From Euryarchaeota archaeon UBA130 (lineage in GTDB: Archaea; Thermoplasmatota; Poseidoniia; Poseidoniales; Thalassarchaeaceae): a stretch of 64,000 nucleotides of DNA. Position 1 is the first letter of the stretch; each line of letters starts with the position of its first letter. Position numbers and translations under genes: made by a program. This document shows positions 9,171 to 18,243 of this stretch, in pieces. Location: positions 12,656-76,655 of the forward strand of contig DAVY01000007.1 in NCBI GenBank assembly GCA_002505775.1, read 5' to 3'. The notes under the pieces were generated by a model. The model made no database searches. It was not told the origin of the DNA and saw only the letters and a program-made list of their open reading frames with translations.

Positions 9171-10412
9171 ATGTCGTCAAGCATCACCCTTGACGAGGCT
9201 TTCGAAATTATCGTAATTTCGATGAGAGATGCATTTCTGGCAGTAACCGTATTCGTCGCAGTGATGGTCCTTCTATTCAGCTGGCTACAATATATCTCAG
9301 CTGGGAAATTCGTACTTTGGATCAGGGAGAATAAGAGTATCCAGCCTCTTATTGGTGCGATAATGGGACTAACTCCGGGGTGTGGGGGCGCGATAATAGT
9401 CATGCCCATGTACACGAGAGGATATGTCACCTATGGGACTGTGATAGCTACACTTATCGCCACTCTGGGCGATGCGGCATTTGTTCTGATTGGGGCGGTA
9501 TTTCAGGATATTTCATTCCTAGCGCCTGTTATTGCTGTACACTTAATATCGTTCGTTGTGGCAGTAATTTGGGGTTTTGCAGTCGATAGATTAGCGGTAA
9601 CTCCTGCATCTCCATTGGGAATACTGTGGAAAAAAGCTGATTATGAAGCCCGCAAAGAGGACAATATCTTGGATATGTTCGAAGAGGGAGAGATAATTTC
9701 TGATATGCCTAGAGAGGTCCAAGAAGGGTTTGGTTACAGAATTCTCCATCAGGGATATCGAATATGGTGGATAGTTACAATCGTTGGTTTTTTGTTAGCG
9801 GTCCTTCTTCTAATTTGGTACGCACAAGATCCGGAATATTCCCCCAATCTGGCCTGGGACCCATTCACTCGTGACGGCCTGATAACTTGGGTCGGGTTCA
9901 CAGGGACCCTACTGTCCGTAATACTATACATCTCGTCAAAGAATTTCATACGTGACGATACAGAGGCCACAATAGGGGACAAGCTGAACTCAATAGATGA
10001 AACCCTGGTCCACGCTGCCTCCGAGACTGCATTCGTAACATTTTGGGTGGTTTTGGCATATCTAATTTTTGAGTTTGGCATGATATTCTCAGGAATTTCT
10101 GAAGTAGACCTAAGTGAAAGGGGAGCTGGAGCGGAGGCAGTTGCGATAGCCGCCCTGATAGGACTGATTCCGGGTTGCGGCCCACAGATAATTGCAATTT
10201 CTGCGTACGTAGAGGGAATAGTCTCCTTCCCAGCACTGGTGTCCAACGCAATATCACAGGATGGGGATGCGCTATTCCCGCTTCTAGTTAGGCACAAGAC
10301 AGCTTCAATCTGGGCAACGATTCATACCACTTTACCTGCTTTGATAGTGGGATTAGTATTCATGTTGATTCTTAATGAGTACCACTTTCTCACAGAAATT
10401 CTACAGCCCTGA
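9171..10412 (+). CDS. Polytopic membrane transporter with an internal duplication and paired PGCG motifs (possibly the ArsP_2 'putative 10TM heavy-metal exporter' family)
   Basis: 413 aa with about 10 hydrophobic segments. Two homologous halves carry GLTPGCGGAII..LGDAAFVL and GLIPGCGPQII..QDGDALFPL. The family assignment is from memory only. Confidence 0.6.
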   Translation: MSSSITLDEAFEIIVISMRDAFLAVTVFVAVMVLLFSWLQYISAGKFVLWIRENKSIQPLIGAIMGLTPGCGGAIIVMPMYTRGYVTYGTVIATLIATLGDAAFVLIGAVFQDISFLAPVIAVHLISFVVAVIWGFAVDRLAVTPASPLGILWKKADYEARKEDNILDMFEEGEIISDMPREVQEGFGYRILHQGYRIWWIVTIVGFLLAVLLLIWYAQDPEYSPNLAWDPFTRDGLITWVGFTGTLLSVILYISSKNFIRDDTEATIGDKLNSIDETLVHAASETAFVTFWVVLAYLIFEFGMIFSGISEVDLSERGAGAEAVAIAALIGLIPGCGPQIIAISAYVEGIVSFPALVSNAISQDGDALFPLLVRHKTASIWATIHTTLPALIVGLVFMLILNEYHFLTEILQP

Positions 10413-10992
10413 GAAACCTATCAACATCCTCTTTCGTGTCTATATTTAGGTGTAGATATCTATCGTCAACGGGGATTCTTTGAGGACTAATGACTTTGTT
10501 AAGTGGAACATCTGACGAAGCCTTCAGGATTGTGTCACAATCCTCTTTTGAAACCAGAAGCGGATGCCCCCCCCTTCCGTCAAAAACGGGGCATGTACTG
10601 GAAACTTTACTCATTAGAAACTCGAGAGTAGATTGTGAGAATCCAGGCCTATCAACCGGTACGATTAGGATTCTAGGGGGTCCTCTGGAATCCCTCCTGA
10701 GAAATTTCAGGCCTTCTTTGACTGTGCCCGTCCTCCCCGACTCAGGAGAGTAATTTATGATGACATCGACGTCACCAACTGAATCCTTGACTTTTTGATA
10801 AAGCTCATTTCTGGTCACAATGACCGGCGATAGTCCTAGCTCACTTAATCTTCTCGAGATCCATGAAACTAACGTCTCCCCTCCTACTTTTATGAGGGCC
10901 TTTGGATACCCGAGCCTACTGCTTTCTCCCGCAGCTAGGACTATACAACCAATTTCCGTATCACTTACTTTCACGAAGCATCTCTCTTCCAA
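10390..10992 (-). CDS. mocA: MobA-like NTP transferase, probably molybdenum cofactor cytidylyltransferase (MocA)
   Basis: 200 aa. N-terminal IVLAAGESSRLGYPKAL nucleotide-binding motif. Context includes XdhC and an XDH-family enzyme. The start is uncertain, as it overlaps the 3' end of the upstream acyl-CoA dehydrogenase gene. Confidence 0.7.
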   Translation of the reverse strand: MEERCFVKVSDTEIGCIVLAAGESSRLGYPKALIKVGGETLVSWISRRLSELGLSPVIVTRNELYQKVKDSVGDVDVIINYSPESGRTGTVKEGLKFLRRDSRGPPRILIVPVDRPGFSQSTLEFLMSKVSSTCPVFDGRGGHPLLVSKEDCDTILKASSDVPLNKVISPQRIPVDDRYLHLNIDTKEDVDRFLRAVEFL

Positions 10993-12115
10993 TAATCAGC
11001 CTCTGAATTTGGCTTGATCCTTCAAAAATCTGAACGACCTTTGCACCCCTCATCCTTCTGGCTACTGGGTACTCCTCTGAGTATCCATAACCCCCAAAAA
11101 TCTGAACAGCATCGGTTGTGACTTCCATTGCCATGTCTGCTGCAAATCTCTTGGCGTGTGCAGCTTCCAATGTATTCCTATGTCCCGAGTCACACTTCAG
11201 GGCCGCTCTCCAAGTCAGGAGTCTAGCCGCATCAATCTTTGTTGCCATATCAGCCAGCATGAATGATACAGCCTGATGTTTGAAGATAGGTTTGCCGAAA
11301 GCACTCCTATCCGCCGAGTACGCAACAGCTTCTTCAAGGGCACCTCTCGCATTCCCCACCGCATGGGCAGAAATAGTAGGTCTCGAGAAGTCAAAGGCTT
11401 TCATCGCGTTCATCCAACCTCCATTCTCCTCCTCTCCGATGAGATTTTCCACGGGCACCCTGACATCATTGAATGTCACAGAGCGTGTGTCTGAACATCT
11501 TTGACCCATATTTTCCTCCTTCTTTCCAAGTTCTATTCCAGCAGAATCAGCATCAACGATGAAACCGCTCATTCCTTTGTAGCCAGCACTCTTGTCAGTG
11601 TACGCTAGAACGAAGAACCAATCAGCATATCCCGCCCCAGTTATCCACATCTTGCTACCATTGATAATGTACTCATCACCATCCTTTACGGCCTCGGTTT
11701 TAATTGATTGAACATCGCTCCCCGCACCCGGCTCTGTGACGCAATATGATGCAATGCACCCTTCAGTAACTTTGGTCATGTAACGCTCCTTCTGATCTTC
11801 TGTACCTCCGGTCAGAATCGGGTAGGAAGCAAGCATTGTGCTTCCACATGCAGTGGCGAATCCTGGATCGCCAGCCCCGAACTCTTCGCAAACTAGAACC
11901 TCCTCAAAGGAGCCCATGCCCCCGCCACCGTATTTCTCGGGGATTTTCAGAGTTAGAAGTCCGAACTCATTGGCTTTCTTTATGGCCTGTCTAGGGAACT
12001 CACTCGTACTATCCCATTTACCAGCATTTGGCTTCACTTCCTCCTCAGCAAAATCTCTGGCAAGTTGCTGAAGCATGCGTTGTTCCTCGCTCAAAACAAA
12101 GTCGACCATGAGCAT
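10961..12115 (-). CDS. Acyl-CoA dehydrogenase
   Basis: 384 aa. YCVTEPGAGSD, GSKMWITGAG and QIFGGYGYSEEYPVARRMRGAKVVQIFEGSSQIQR are classic ACAD motifs. Confidence 0.9.
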   Translation of the reverse strand: MLMVDFVLSEEQRMLQQLARDFAEEEVKPNAGKWDSTSEFPRQAIKKANEFGLLTLKIPEKYGGGGMGSFEEVLVCEEFGAGDPGFATACGSTMLASYPILTGGTEDQKERYMTKVTEGCIASYCVTEPGAGSDVQSIKTEAVKDGDEYIINGSKMWITGAGYADWFFVLAYTDKSAGYKGMSGFIVDADSAGIELGKKEENMGQRCSDTRSVTFNDVRVPVENLIGEEENGGWMNAMKAFDFSRPTISAHAVGNARGALEEAVAYSADRSAFGKPIFKHQAVSFMLADMATKIDAARLLTWRAALKCDSGHRNTLEAAHAKRFAADMAMEVTTDAVQIFGGYGYSEEYPVARRMRGAKVVQIFEGSSQIQRLIIGREMLRESK

Positions 12116-12133
12116 TGGAACGGGTACTCAGTC

Positions 12134-13057
12134 TTAGAGGTAGAGGTATGCCATGTAGAAAAAATATCCAGCAACCATGGCAAAACCCGTCCTTCGCCCG
12201 ATTTCCCTGTCGTTCAAAAGCATCGCAGCAATTGCACCGGACGTGAGAAGCATGACCCATATATCCCTCTCAGTAAAATCAGGATTAATCGAGATGCCTC
12301 CTCCTATTACCGCGGTAGCTCCTAAAATCCCTAAGATATTCATCATGTTGGAACCGAGTATGTTACCTACTGCAACACCTCCTTGCCCCCTTATTCCTGC
12401 CACGATAGTTACCGCCAATTCAGGCAGGGAGGTCCCCAGTGCTACGACCGATAGTCCAATCACGGCTTCCGATATTCCCATATCCGAAGCAATTCCAGTC
12501 GCACCTTGAATCAGGAACTCCGCTCCTTTCCAGATAAATAATCCGCCAACTACGGTCACTATCGTCGCTAATGATATTTTATTCGGTACCCAACTTTCCT
12601 CCATCTTGATATCATCATCATCCGACTTGAGGTATGAATAGCCGTAGTATCCAACCAAACAAACTAACATAGAAGCGCCAAATAGTTGGTTAATAGAGCC
12701 CAAAACAACGGCGCCTAGAAGGGCAAAAGAGGCCATCATCATGGCCTTTGCATCTCTCTTTACGCCAATCCCTGGGTCACTAGCCGCTCCGAGCATCGAT
12801 GCCGTGCCTAGAACTAACATTACATTAGCGACGTTAGAACCCATAACTCCCCCAACAGCCAGATCAGGTTGACCTCCTGCCACAGCTTCGAGTGAGACCG
12901 CTAATTCCGGAAGAGATGTCCCGATAGCTACAATGGTGAATCCGATAAGCAAGGGGGGGACTCTCATCCTCCCGGCAATCACTACTGCACCCTGAACGAT
13001 GATCTCTCCTCCTGCCATTAGCAGAATGAATCCCGCTAAGACCAGTAGCCAGTCCAT
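12134..13057 (-). CDS. Ca2+/Na+ antiporter, CaCA family (YrbG-like)
   Basis: 307 aa, polytopic. Two alpha-repeat motifs GTSLPELAVS and GTSLPELAVT, each followed by G(S)N..N. Confidence 0.85.
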   Translation of the reverse strand: MDWLLVLAGFILLMAGGEIIVQGAVVIAGRMRVPPLLIGFTIVAIGTSLPELAVSLEAVAGGQPDLAVGGVMGSNVANVMLVLGTASMLGAASDPGIGVKRDAKAMMMASFALLGAVVLGSINQLFGASMLVCLVGYYGYSYLKSDDDDIKMEESWVPNKISLATIVTVVGGLFIWKGAEFLIQGATGIASDMGISEAVIGLSVVALGTSLPELAVTIVAGIRGQGGVAVGNILGSNMMNILGILGATAVIGGGISINPDFTERDIWVMLLTSGAIAAMLLNDREIGRRTGFAMVAGYFFYMAYLYL

Positions 13058-13106
13058 GTTCGTCGGGTAGTAATTCTCCTCATGACCGTTTCCGATTAAT
13101 TGTTAC

Positions 13107-15968
13107 CTAACTGCACGATCTTACTATGTGACGGTAGACTAAGTCTGCAGTGGGGATGGTATGGTCCTCCAATGTCGGAGAAAACGGAACAGGGGTATCT
13201 AGGGCGCCAAGGACAACTGGTGTAGACTCCAAACTCCAGAAGGATTGCTCAATTACCCTGCTGCTTACGGTATGCCCAAGTCCGCCTGTCCACTGAGCCT
13301 CTTGCAGGACTATCATCCTGCCTGTCCTTTTTACAGAATCAATGCAAGTTTTTTCGTCAAAAGGTTGTATAGTCCTCAAGTCTATCACTTCTACCTCAAA
13401 TCCGTTTTTCGAAGCCATTCTGGAGGCCTCCAATGCCACATGAACCATTGCTCCCCAGGAAATAATAGTCAGATCTTTACCTCCTCTGACTATTCGTGCC
13501 TTACCGATTGAAAGATTACCTGAGGATACTCTGTCTTTCACGGACTCAGTATCTACTATCTGATTAATCGAGGCCCCCCATCCTGTCTTACCTCCTCTGA
13601 GCCCATAAAGTCCTATGTGTTCCAAGAAAAGGACCGGATCGGGAACCGAATGCCCCTCTACCAGTAAGTCATAGGCGTCTTGGGGATTGCTTGGGAAGGC
13701 GATAACTAGTCCAGGGTCATTTGTGAACCATGATTCAATCATATTTGCATGAAATGGCCCACTCCGGGTCTTCGCTCCCAGTGGAATCCTAACAGTCAGG
13801 GGTACGTCAGCCCCCCACCTCCATCGTAGCTGAGCGGCATTGTTGATCAATGGATTCATGGCTAGAGCCGCGAAACCTCCAAACTGAATTTCAGCCATTG
13901 GCCTCATTCCTCCCAGCGCGGCCCCCGTAGCAGAATGAATGATTATTGCTTCCGAAAGTGGCATGTCCAGAAGTTTTGATTGATGCCCTCTAGCCTTTAG
14001 TGGAAGATTCATTCCGAATGCTCCTGCAATTTCCATATCCTCTCCCATGAATACTACCTCGTCCCCATAAATTTCAGCTATCTCAACCATCGCATTTTGG
14101 ATAGATCTACTGAATGTCCAAGAATTAGGAGCATCTGAAAAAACCAATGCCTCTTCACCAGGTTCCAAGAAAGGTTCTCTGTCACTCCTATCGCTGTTCA
14201 AATCAGAAATCTGTTGCGTGTGACTTCGAGCATTTATCAGACTAGTGACTCCTTCTACTACAGAATGCCCTTCTGGCCATGGCATAGACTCCATATCCTC
14301 CCTGCAAGACTTCACCATTTCTCTTTCCTCCTCCTCGATCAAAGAGATGACTTTCTCACTGCATCCCTTCCGTATTAACAACTCTCTATGATTCGGAAGA
14401 GGGTCCTTGTCCGCCCAATAACTTAGTAATTCCTTGTCTACATATCCGGGGGGATTTCCAGATACAGATCCAAGGTAGAGATCGTCATGATGGTGAGCAT
14501 GCCCACATCCTCTCATAGTCTCGACATGAATCAATGTCGAACCTCCTCCAGAGAGGGCAATCTCTCTGGCAACGGATGTGGATGCGTAGAATTGAGCTGG
14601 GTCAGATCCATCTATGGTCCATGAAGGAATTCCCATTGAGATGCCTTTATCTCCAAAAGTTTCGGCTCCCGATTGCCCCAAAACAAATGTATCCAGAGCT
14701 ATCTGATTATTCTGAATCATGTAGCAGATTGGAAGGCCACGGGTACCCGCCAAATTCATAGCCTCCCAAAACTCACCGCTACTGCTGCAACCCTCGCCAA
14801 CCGGTGCCAGATGAAATCTGGATTTGCCCAATCTTTGGGCGGCTAGAGCAATGCCGGTCGTTGTAGCACTCGCTGTAGGGAGAGGAGCAGTGGGGGGGAG
14901 GACCCTTTTTCCCCAATTCCCAATATGTAAATCACGTCCTCCAGACCCAGGGTTGCCACCATCCATGTATGACTCCGCCTTCCCCATCTGCGCTGCAAAT
15001 ACTTCTGTAGGAGTCTGTCCCATCGCCATTGCCAAACCTGTGTCTCTAATCATTGGCGCAATGACATCAGCACTATCAATTTCCGACTCCGGTAGATCTA
15101 TCGCTCTGGACATAGCCGAAGCACAAGCCACAACCCCCTCTTGCCATGTAGATCTGAACCCCTTGCCTGTGAATCTCCCTCCATCAGGAGTTTCCAACCC
15201 ATTCGTAAACAGCTCTTTCAAGTGTTCATCTACAATCCTAGTTCTGATCATCCACCTTTGCCAAATTATTCTTTGGTCAATAGTAACCGAGTGATAATGT
15301 GCAATTCTACGCAAGCAAATTCTCAGGTCGACCATAAGTCGGGTGATTCTCCTTGAAATGTGAGAAGATCCAGTCCTTCTAGGGATAATTTCTATTTCCT
15401 GAATCCCAATTAAATTTGGCTCCAACAATCTCTGAGATAGGATTTCCTCCATTTTTTCTTCGAATCTCAAACTAAATGAGTGGTATGAATCTCCGTCGAA
15501 AAGTTCGGGAGGAGACAAAGATTCCCAGCATAACGCAACCGTATCCAGGTACCCCTCATTTCTCTCAGAAACGAACCTTAGCAATTCAGCACGAACCTTC
15601 TTCGAAGCTATTTTGCTTGGGAAATTTAAGCTCTCTTCCGGCCTCCAAGAGTTTGCGAATATTGGCACAAGTCCAGATTGACCCTCGCTCTCAATCTCGC
15701 CAGTTTTGCTTATAATCGTGCTTGAATCAGACCCGTCTCTAACTAGGACCTCTTTCATCAGGGCATCATAATCAAGCTTGATCGACCTTTCCCAGATATC
15801 AACGGAGCCCCTCCTGCCCTTGCCGGAAGGGGACCTGTCTAGAGTCGCCCTAACCCTCTCCCCACAACTTGTGCACCTCCTATCAAGCTTGGAAGTAGAG
15901 GCACTTCTAACCTTCCAAATCTGGTGCTTCCCACAGTTTGGACATTTCCACAAACCCTGACGTCCCAT
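13107..15968 (-). CDS. Fused 2-oxoacid dehydrogenase E1 component (alpha + beta, BCKDH-like) with a ~225-aa N-terminal extension that starts with a 4-Cys zinc ribbon
   Basis: 953 aa. TPP motif GEGCSSSGEF...NLAG...MIQNNQIA (alpha part), then a transketolase-like pyrimidine-binding and C-terminal part (VVFMGEDMEIAGAFGMN..., IIHSATGAALGGMRP, ISWGAMVHVALEA). The N-terminus carries CPNC...CTSC. Confidence 0.85.
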   Translation of the reverse strand: MGRQGLWKCPNCGKHQIWKVRSASTSKLDRRCTSCGERVRATLDRSPSGKGRRGSVDIWERSIKLDYDALMKEVLVRDGSDSSTIISKTGEIESEGQSGLVPIFANSWRPEESLNFPSKIASKKVRAELLRFVSERNEGYLDTVALCWESLSPPELFDGDSYHSFSLRFEEKMEEILSQRLLEPNLIGIQEIEIIPRRTGSSHISRRITRLMVDLRICLRRIAHYHSVTIDQRIIWQRWMIRTRIVDEHLKELFTNGLETPDGGRFTGKGFRSTWQEGVVACASAMSRAIDLPESEIDSADVIAPMIRDTGLAMAMGQTPTEVFAAQMGKAESYMDGGNPGSGGRDLHIGNWGKRVLPPTAPLPTASATTTGIALAAQRLGKSRFHLAPVGEGCSSSGEFWEAMNLAGTRGLPICYMIQNNQIALDTFVLGQSGAETFGDKGISMGIPSWTIDGSDPAQFYASTSVAREIALSGGGSTLIHVETMRGCGHAHHHDDLYLGSVSGNPPGYVDKELLSYWADKDPLPNHRELLIRKGCSEKVISLIEEEEREMVKSCREDMESMPWPEGHSVVEGVTSLINARSHTQQISDLNSDRSDREPFLEPGEEALVFSDAPNSWTFSRSIQNAMVEIAEIYGDEVVFMGEDMEIAGAFGMNLPLKARGHQSKLLDMPLSEAIIIHSATGAALGGMRPMAEIQFGGFAALAMNPLINNAAQLRWRWGADVPLTVRIPLGAKTRSGPFHANMIESWFTNDPGLVIAFPSNPQDAYDLLVEGHSVPDPVLFLEHIGLYGLRGGKTGWGASINQIVDTESVKDRVSSGNLSIGKARIVRGGKDLTIISWGAMVHVALEASRMASKNGFEVEVIDLRTIQPFDEKTCIDSVKRTGRMIVLQEAQWTGGLGHTVSSRVIEQSFWSLESTPVVLGALDTPVPFSPTLEDHTIPTADLVYRHIVRSCS

Positions 15969-16124
15969 GGTATACTCCTAAATAGTCATAGTACAACAAT
16001 TATTCGCTTTACTATGCTAAATTATACCACATTTACTGTAAATTTTCAATATTTGTGATTATTACTTTGAAAAATAATATATAAAACCACAATAAAACGT
16101 TATACTGAATTTATATTTACCGTA
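15969..16124 (-). promoter_or_regulatory. AT-rich intergenic spacer carrying a putative oligo-T terminator for the upstream gene and a TATA-like/SD-like start region for the E1 gene
   Basis: On the reverse strand the upstream stop codon is followed by CGTTTTATTGTGGTTTTATATATTATTTTTC (archaeal oligo-T terminator-like). Further on come GGTATAATTTAGC (TATA-like, about 50-60 nt upstream of the ATG) and TTTAGGAGTATACCATG (GGAG 8 nt upstream of the ATG). Positions are suggestive only. Confidence 0.3.
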
Positions 16125-17243
16125 TCAATATTTTATTACAGACGAATCAACACTATCTGACCACAGGTGAACTCCTCCTTCCATATTATATACGCCATTG
16201 ACATTCCACCCATTTTGTGTCAGGTACCTAACAACCGCTCCCGACCTACCTCCAGTCCTGCAGTAAACTACTATGTCCATATCATGGGGGATTTCATCGA
16301 TTCTATCCGGAACAGAAGTATGAGTGATCCTTAGGTCCGTCCCTTCCAAGGAGACAATCGCCTCTTCTGACTCTGATCTAACATCCAACAGGAAAAATTC
16401 CCACCCTCCATTCTTACGCTCAATGAATTCACTTGGAGTAACTGTCTTCACCTGTATCCCTTCCTTCCCTATTTCCGAGACGCGCGCTCTCCCGGGAATA
16501 GAATCGAATGACAGGACCCTAGTAATCATTGTCAGTGAATCTATCGTCAATAGCTTACCTCTCAGAACTTCCCCCACTCCTAGAATCGCCTTTATTGCCT
16601 CTGTAGCTTGAATCGTTCCTACAATTCCAGGAAGGATTCCAAGAACACCAGCTTCTGAACAATTCGGTGCCAATTCAGGAGGAGGGGGAACAGGAAATAG
16701 ATCCCTGTAATTTGGGCCTGCTTCAAAGTTGAAAGTTGATACTTGACCCTCAAATCTGTGTATGCTACCAAAAACCCAAGGCTTACCCAATTTTTCACAT
16801 ACATCCCCAATTAGATATCGTGAGGAGAAATTATCGGTTCCATCAATCACTATGTCGTATTTTTCGATCACAGAATCAGCATTCTCTGTATCCAGTCTCG
16901 ATACATAGACATCAACTTCGACCTGAGGATTCAACTCATTCAATCTTTTTTTCGCGGATAGGGCCTTAGACTCGCCAACCGAGGATGTTGAGTGAATTAT
17001 CTGTCTTTGTAGATTCGAGGACTCGACGACATCATCGTCAATAATCCCAATCCTTCCGACACCAGCCGCAGCGAGATACATCATTGCGGGAGAACCAAGG
17101 CCACCAGCTCCTACCACCAGTACAGATGACTCAAGGAGCTTGATTTGACCCTCCTCGCCAACTTGTGGGAGAACTATGTGCCTGGCATATCTCAGGCGTT
17201 CGCTATCCGAGAGCCCCACTGACACAAACCCCTGCTGGAGCAC
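16125..17243 (-). CDS. MoeB/ThiF-type E1-like adenylyltransferase with a C-terminal rhodanese domain (MoeZ/UbaA-like)
   Basis: 372 aa. RYARHIVLPQVGEEGQ..VVGAGGLGSP nucleotide-binding motif. C-terminal rhodanese active-site loop VVYCRTGGRS. Confidence 0.85.
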   Translation of the reverse strand: MLQQGFVSVGLSDSERLRYARHIVLPQVGEEGQIKLLESSVLVVGAGGLGSPAMMYLAAAGVGRIGIIDDDVVESSNLQRQIIHSTSSVGESKALSAKKRLNELNPQVEVDVYVSRLDTENADSVIEKYDIVIDGTDNFSSRYLIGDVCEKLGKPWVFGSIHRFEGQVSTFNFEAGPNYRDLFPVPPPPELAPNCSEAGVLGILPGIVGTIQATEAIKAILGVGEVLRGKLLTIDSLTMITRVLSFDSIPGRARVSEIGKEGIQVKTVTPSEFIERKNGGWEFFLLDVRSESEEAIVSLEGTDLRITHTSVPDRIDEIPHDMDIVVYCRTGGRSGAVVRYLTQNGWNVNGVYNMEGGVHLWSDSVDSSVIKY

Positions 17244-17268
17244 TAGGGCATTGTACTTATCCCGTATA

Positions 17269-18198
17269 CTAATGCTGGTCTTCCAACCATTTTTCTGCGT
17301 CTATAGCAGCTTGGCATCCCATTCCGGCGGCAGTTATAGCCTGCCTGTATCTAGTGTCAACCACATCCCCTGCAGCAAATACTCCTTCAACGCTAGTCAT
17401 GGTATTTTTCTTGTGAAGGATGTACCCGTTATCATCAGTTTCGACTTGAGACTCAAGGAAATTGGTGATTGGCTTATGTCCTATGGCAATGAATGCTCCA
17501 GTGCAATCCACAGTTTCAGTAGTATTGTCCCTGGGGTCTTCCAGAACCGCACCCGTGAGTCCATTGTCATCTGATAGCCAAGATTTGACTGTTCGATGAG
17601 TCTTTATCTCGATTTTAGGATGATTAGCCGCTCTTTCATACATCACTTTTGATGCCCTGAAGACATCTCTCCTGTGAACTATAGTCACCTTTTTGGCGAA
17701 TCTCGTGAGGAAAGTTGCCTCCTCCATTGCAGAGTCGCCACCGCCAACCACAATGACCTCCTCTTCTCTGAAGAATGCTCCATCGCAGGTAGCACATGTA
17801 GAAATCCCCCTTCCTTTCTGAGCTTCCTCTCCTTCCACGCCCAGCCAAATTGATTCCGCACCTGTGCAAATTATGATCGACTCTGACCTGAACTCCTCGC
17901 CTTCCACCCAAACTCGGTAAGGCCTTTGGGAAAAATCTACCTTCTCGACATTTTTGTCTTGTACTTCAAGGCCAAATCTCTCAGCTTGTTCACGTAGCTC
18001 CAACATCATCTCTGGACCTCCTATTCCCTTTGGATAACCGGGGAAATTTTCAATGTCCGAAGTCAGCATTAATTGCCCTCCAGACATGTAACCAGCAAAC
18101 ATCAGTGGCTTGAGAAGAGCTCTAGCCGAATATAGTCCAGCAGTATATCCTGCAGGACCAGAACCGATTATTATCACGTTGCGCGTTTCTTCTTCCAC
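17269..18198 (-). CDS. trxB: Thioredoxin reductase
   Basis: 309 aa. GSGPAGYTA FAD motif, CATCDG redox-active dithiol, GGGDSAMEEA NADPH motif. Confidence 0.9.
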   Translation of the reverse strand: MEEETRNVIIIGSGPAGYTAGLYSARALLKPLMFAGYMSGGQLMLTSDIENFPGYPKGIGGPEMMLELREQAERFGLEVQDKNVEKVDFSQRPYRVWVEGEEFRSESIIICTGAESIWLGVEGEEAQKGRGISTCATCDGAFFREEEVIVVGGGDSAMEEATFLTRFAKKVTIVHRRDVFRASKVMYERAANHPKIEIKTHRTVKSWLSDDNGLTGAVLEDPRDNTTETVDCTGAFIAIGHKPITNFLESQVETDDNGYILHKKNTMTSVEGVFAAGDVVDTRYRQAITAAGMGCQAAIDAEKWLEDQH

Positions 18199-18243
18199 AT
18201 GGACGCCAACGCGGGGACGTCCTTCAACATACTCTATGACGGT

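Noticed and set aside
14706-14798. GEG instead of GDG in the thiamine-diphosphate binding motif of the E1 alpha part, as a possible sign of inactivation.
   Set aside because: Branched-chain 2-oxoacid dehydrogenase E1 alpha subunits naturally carry GEG(A)ASEGD, so this is a subfamily trait and not a defect.
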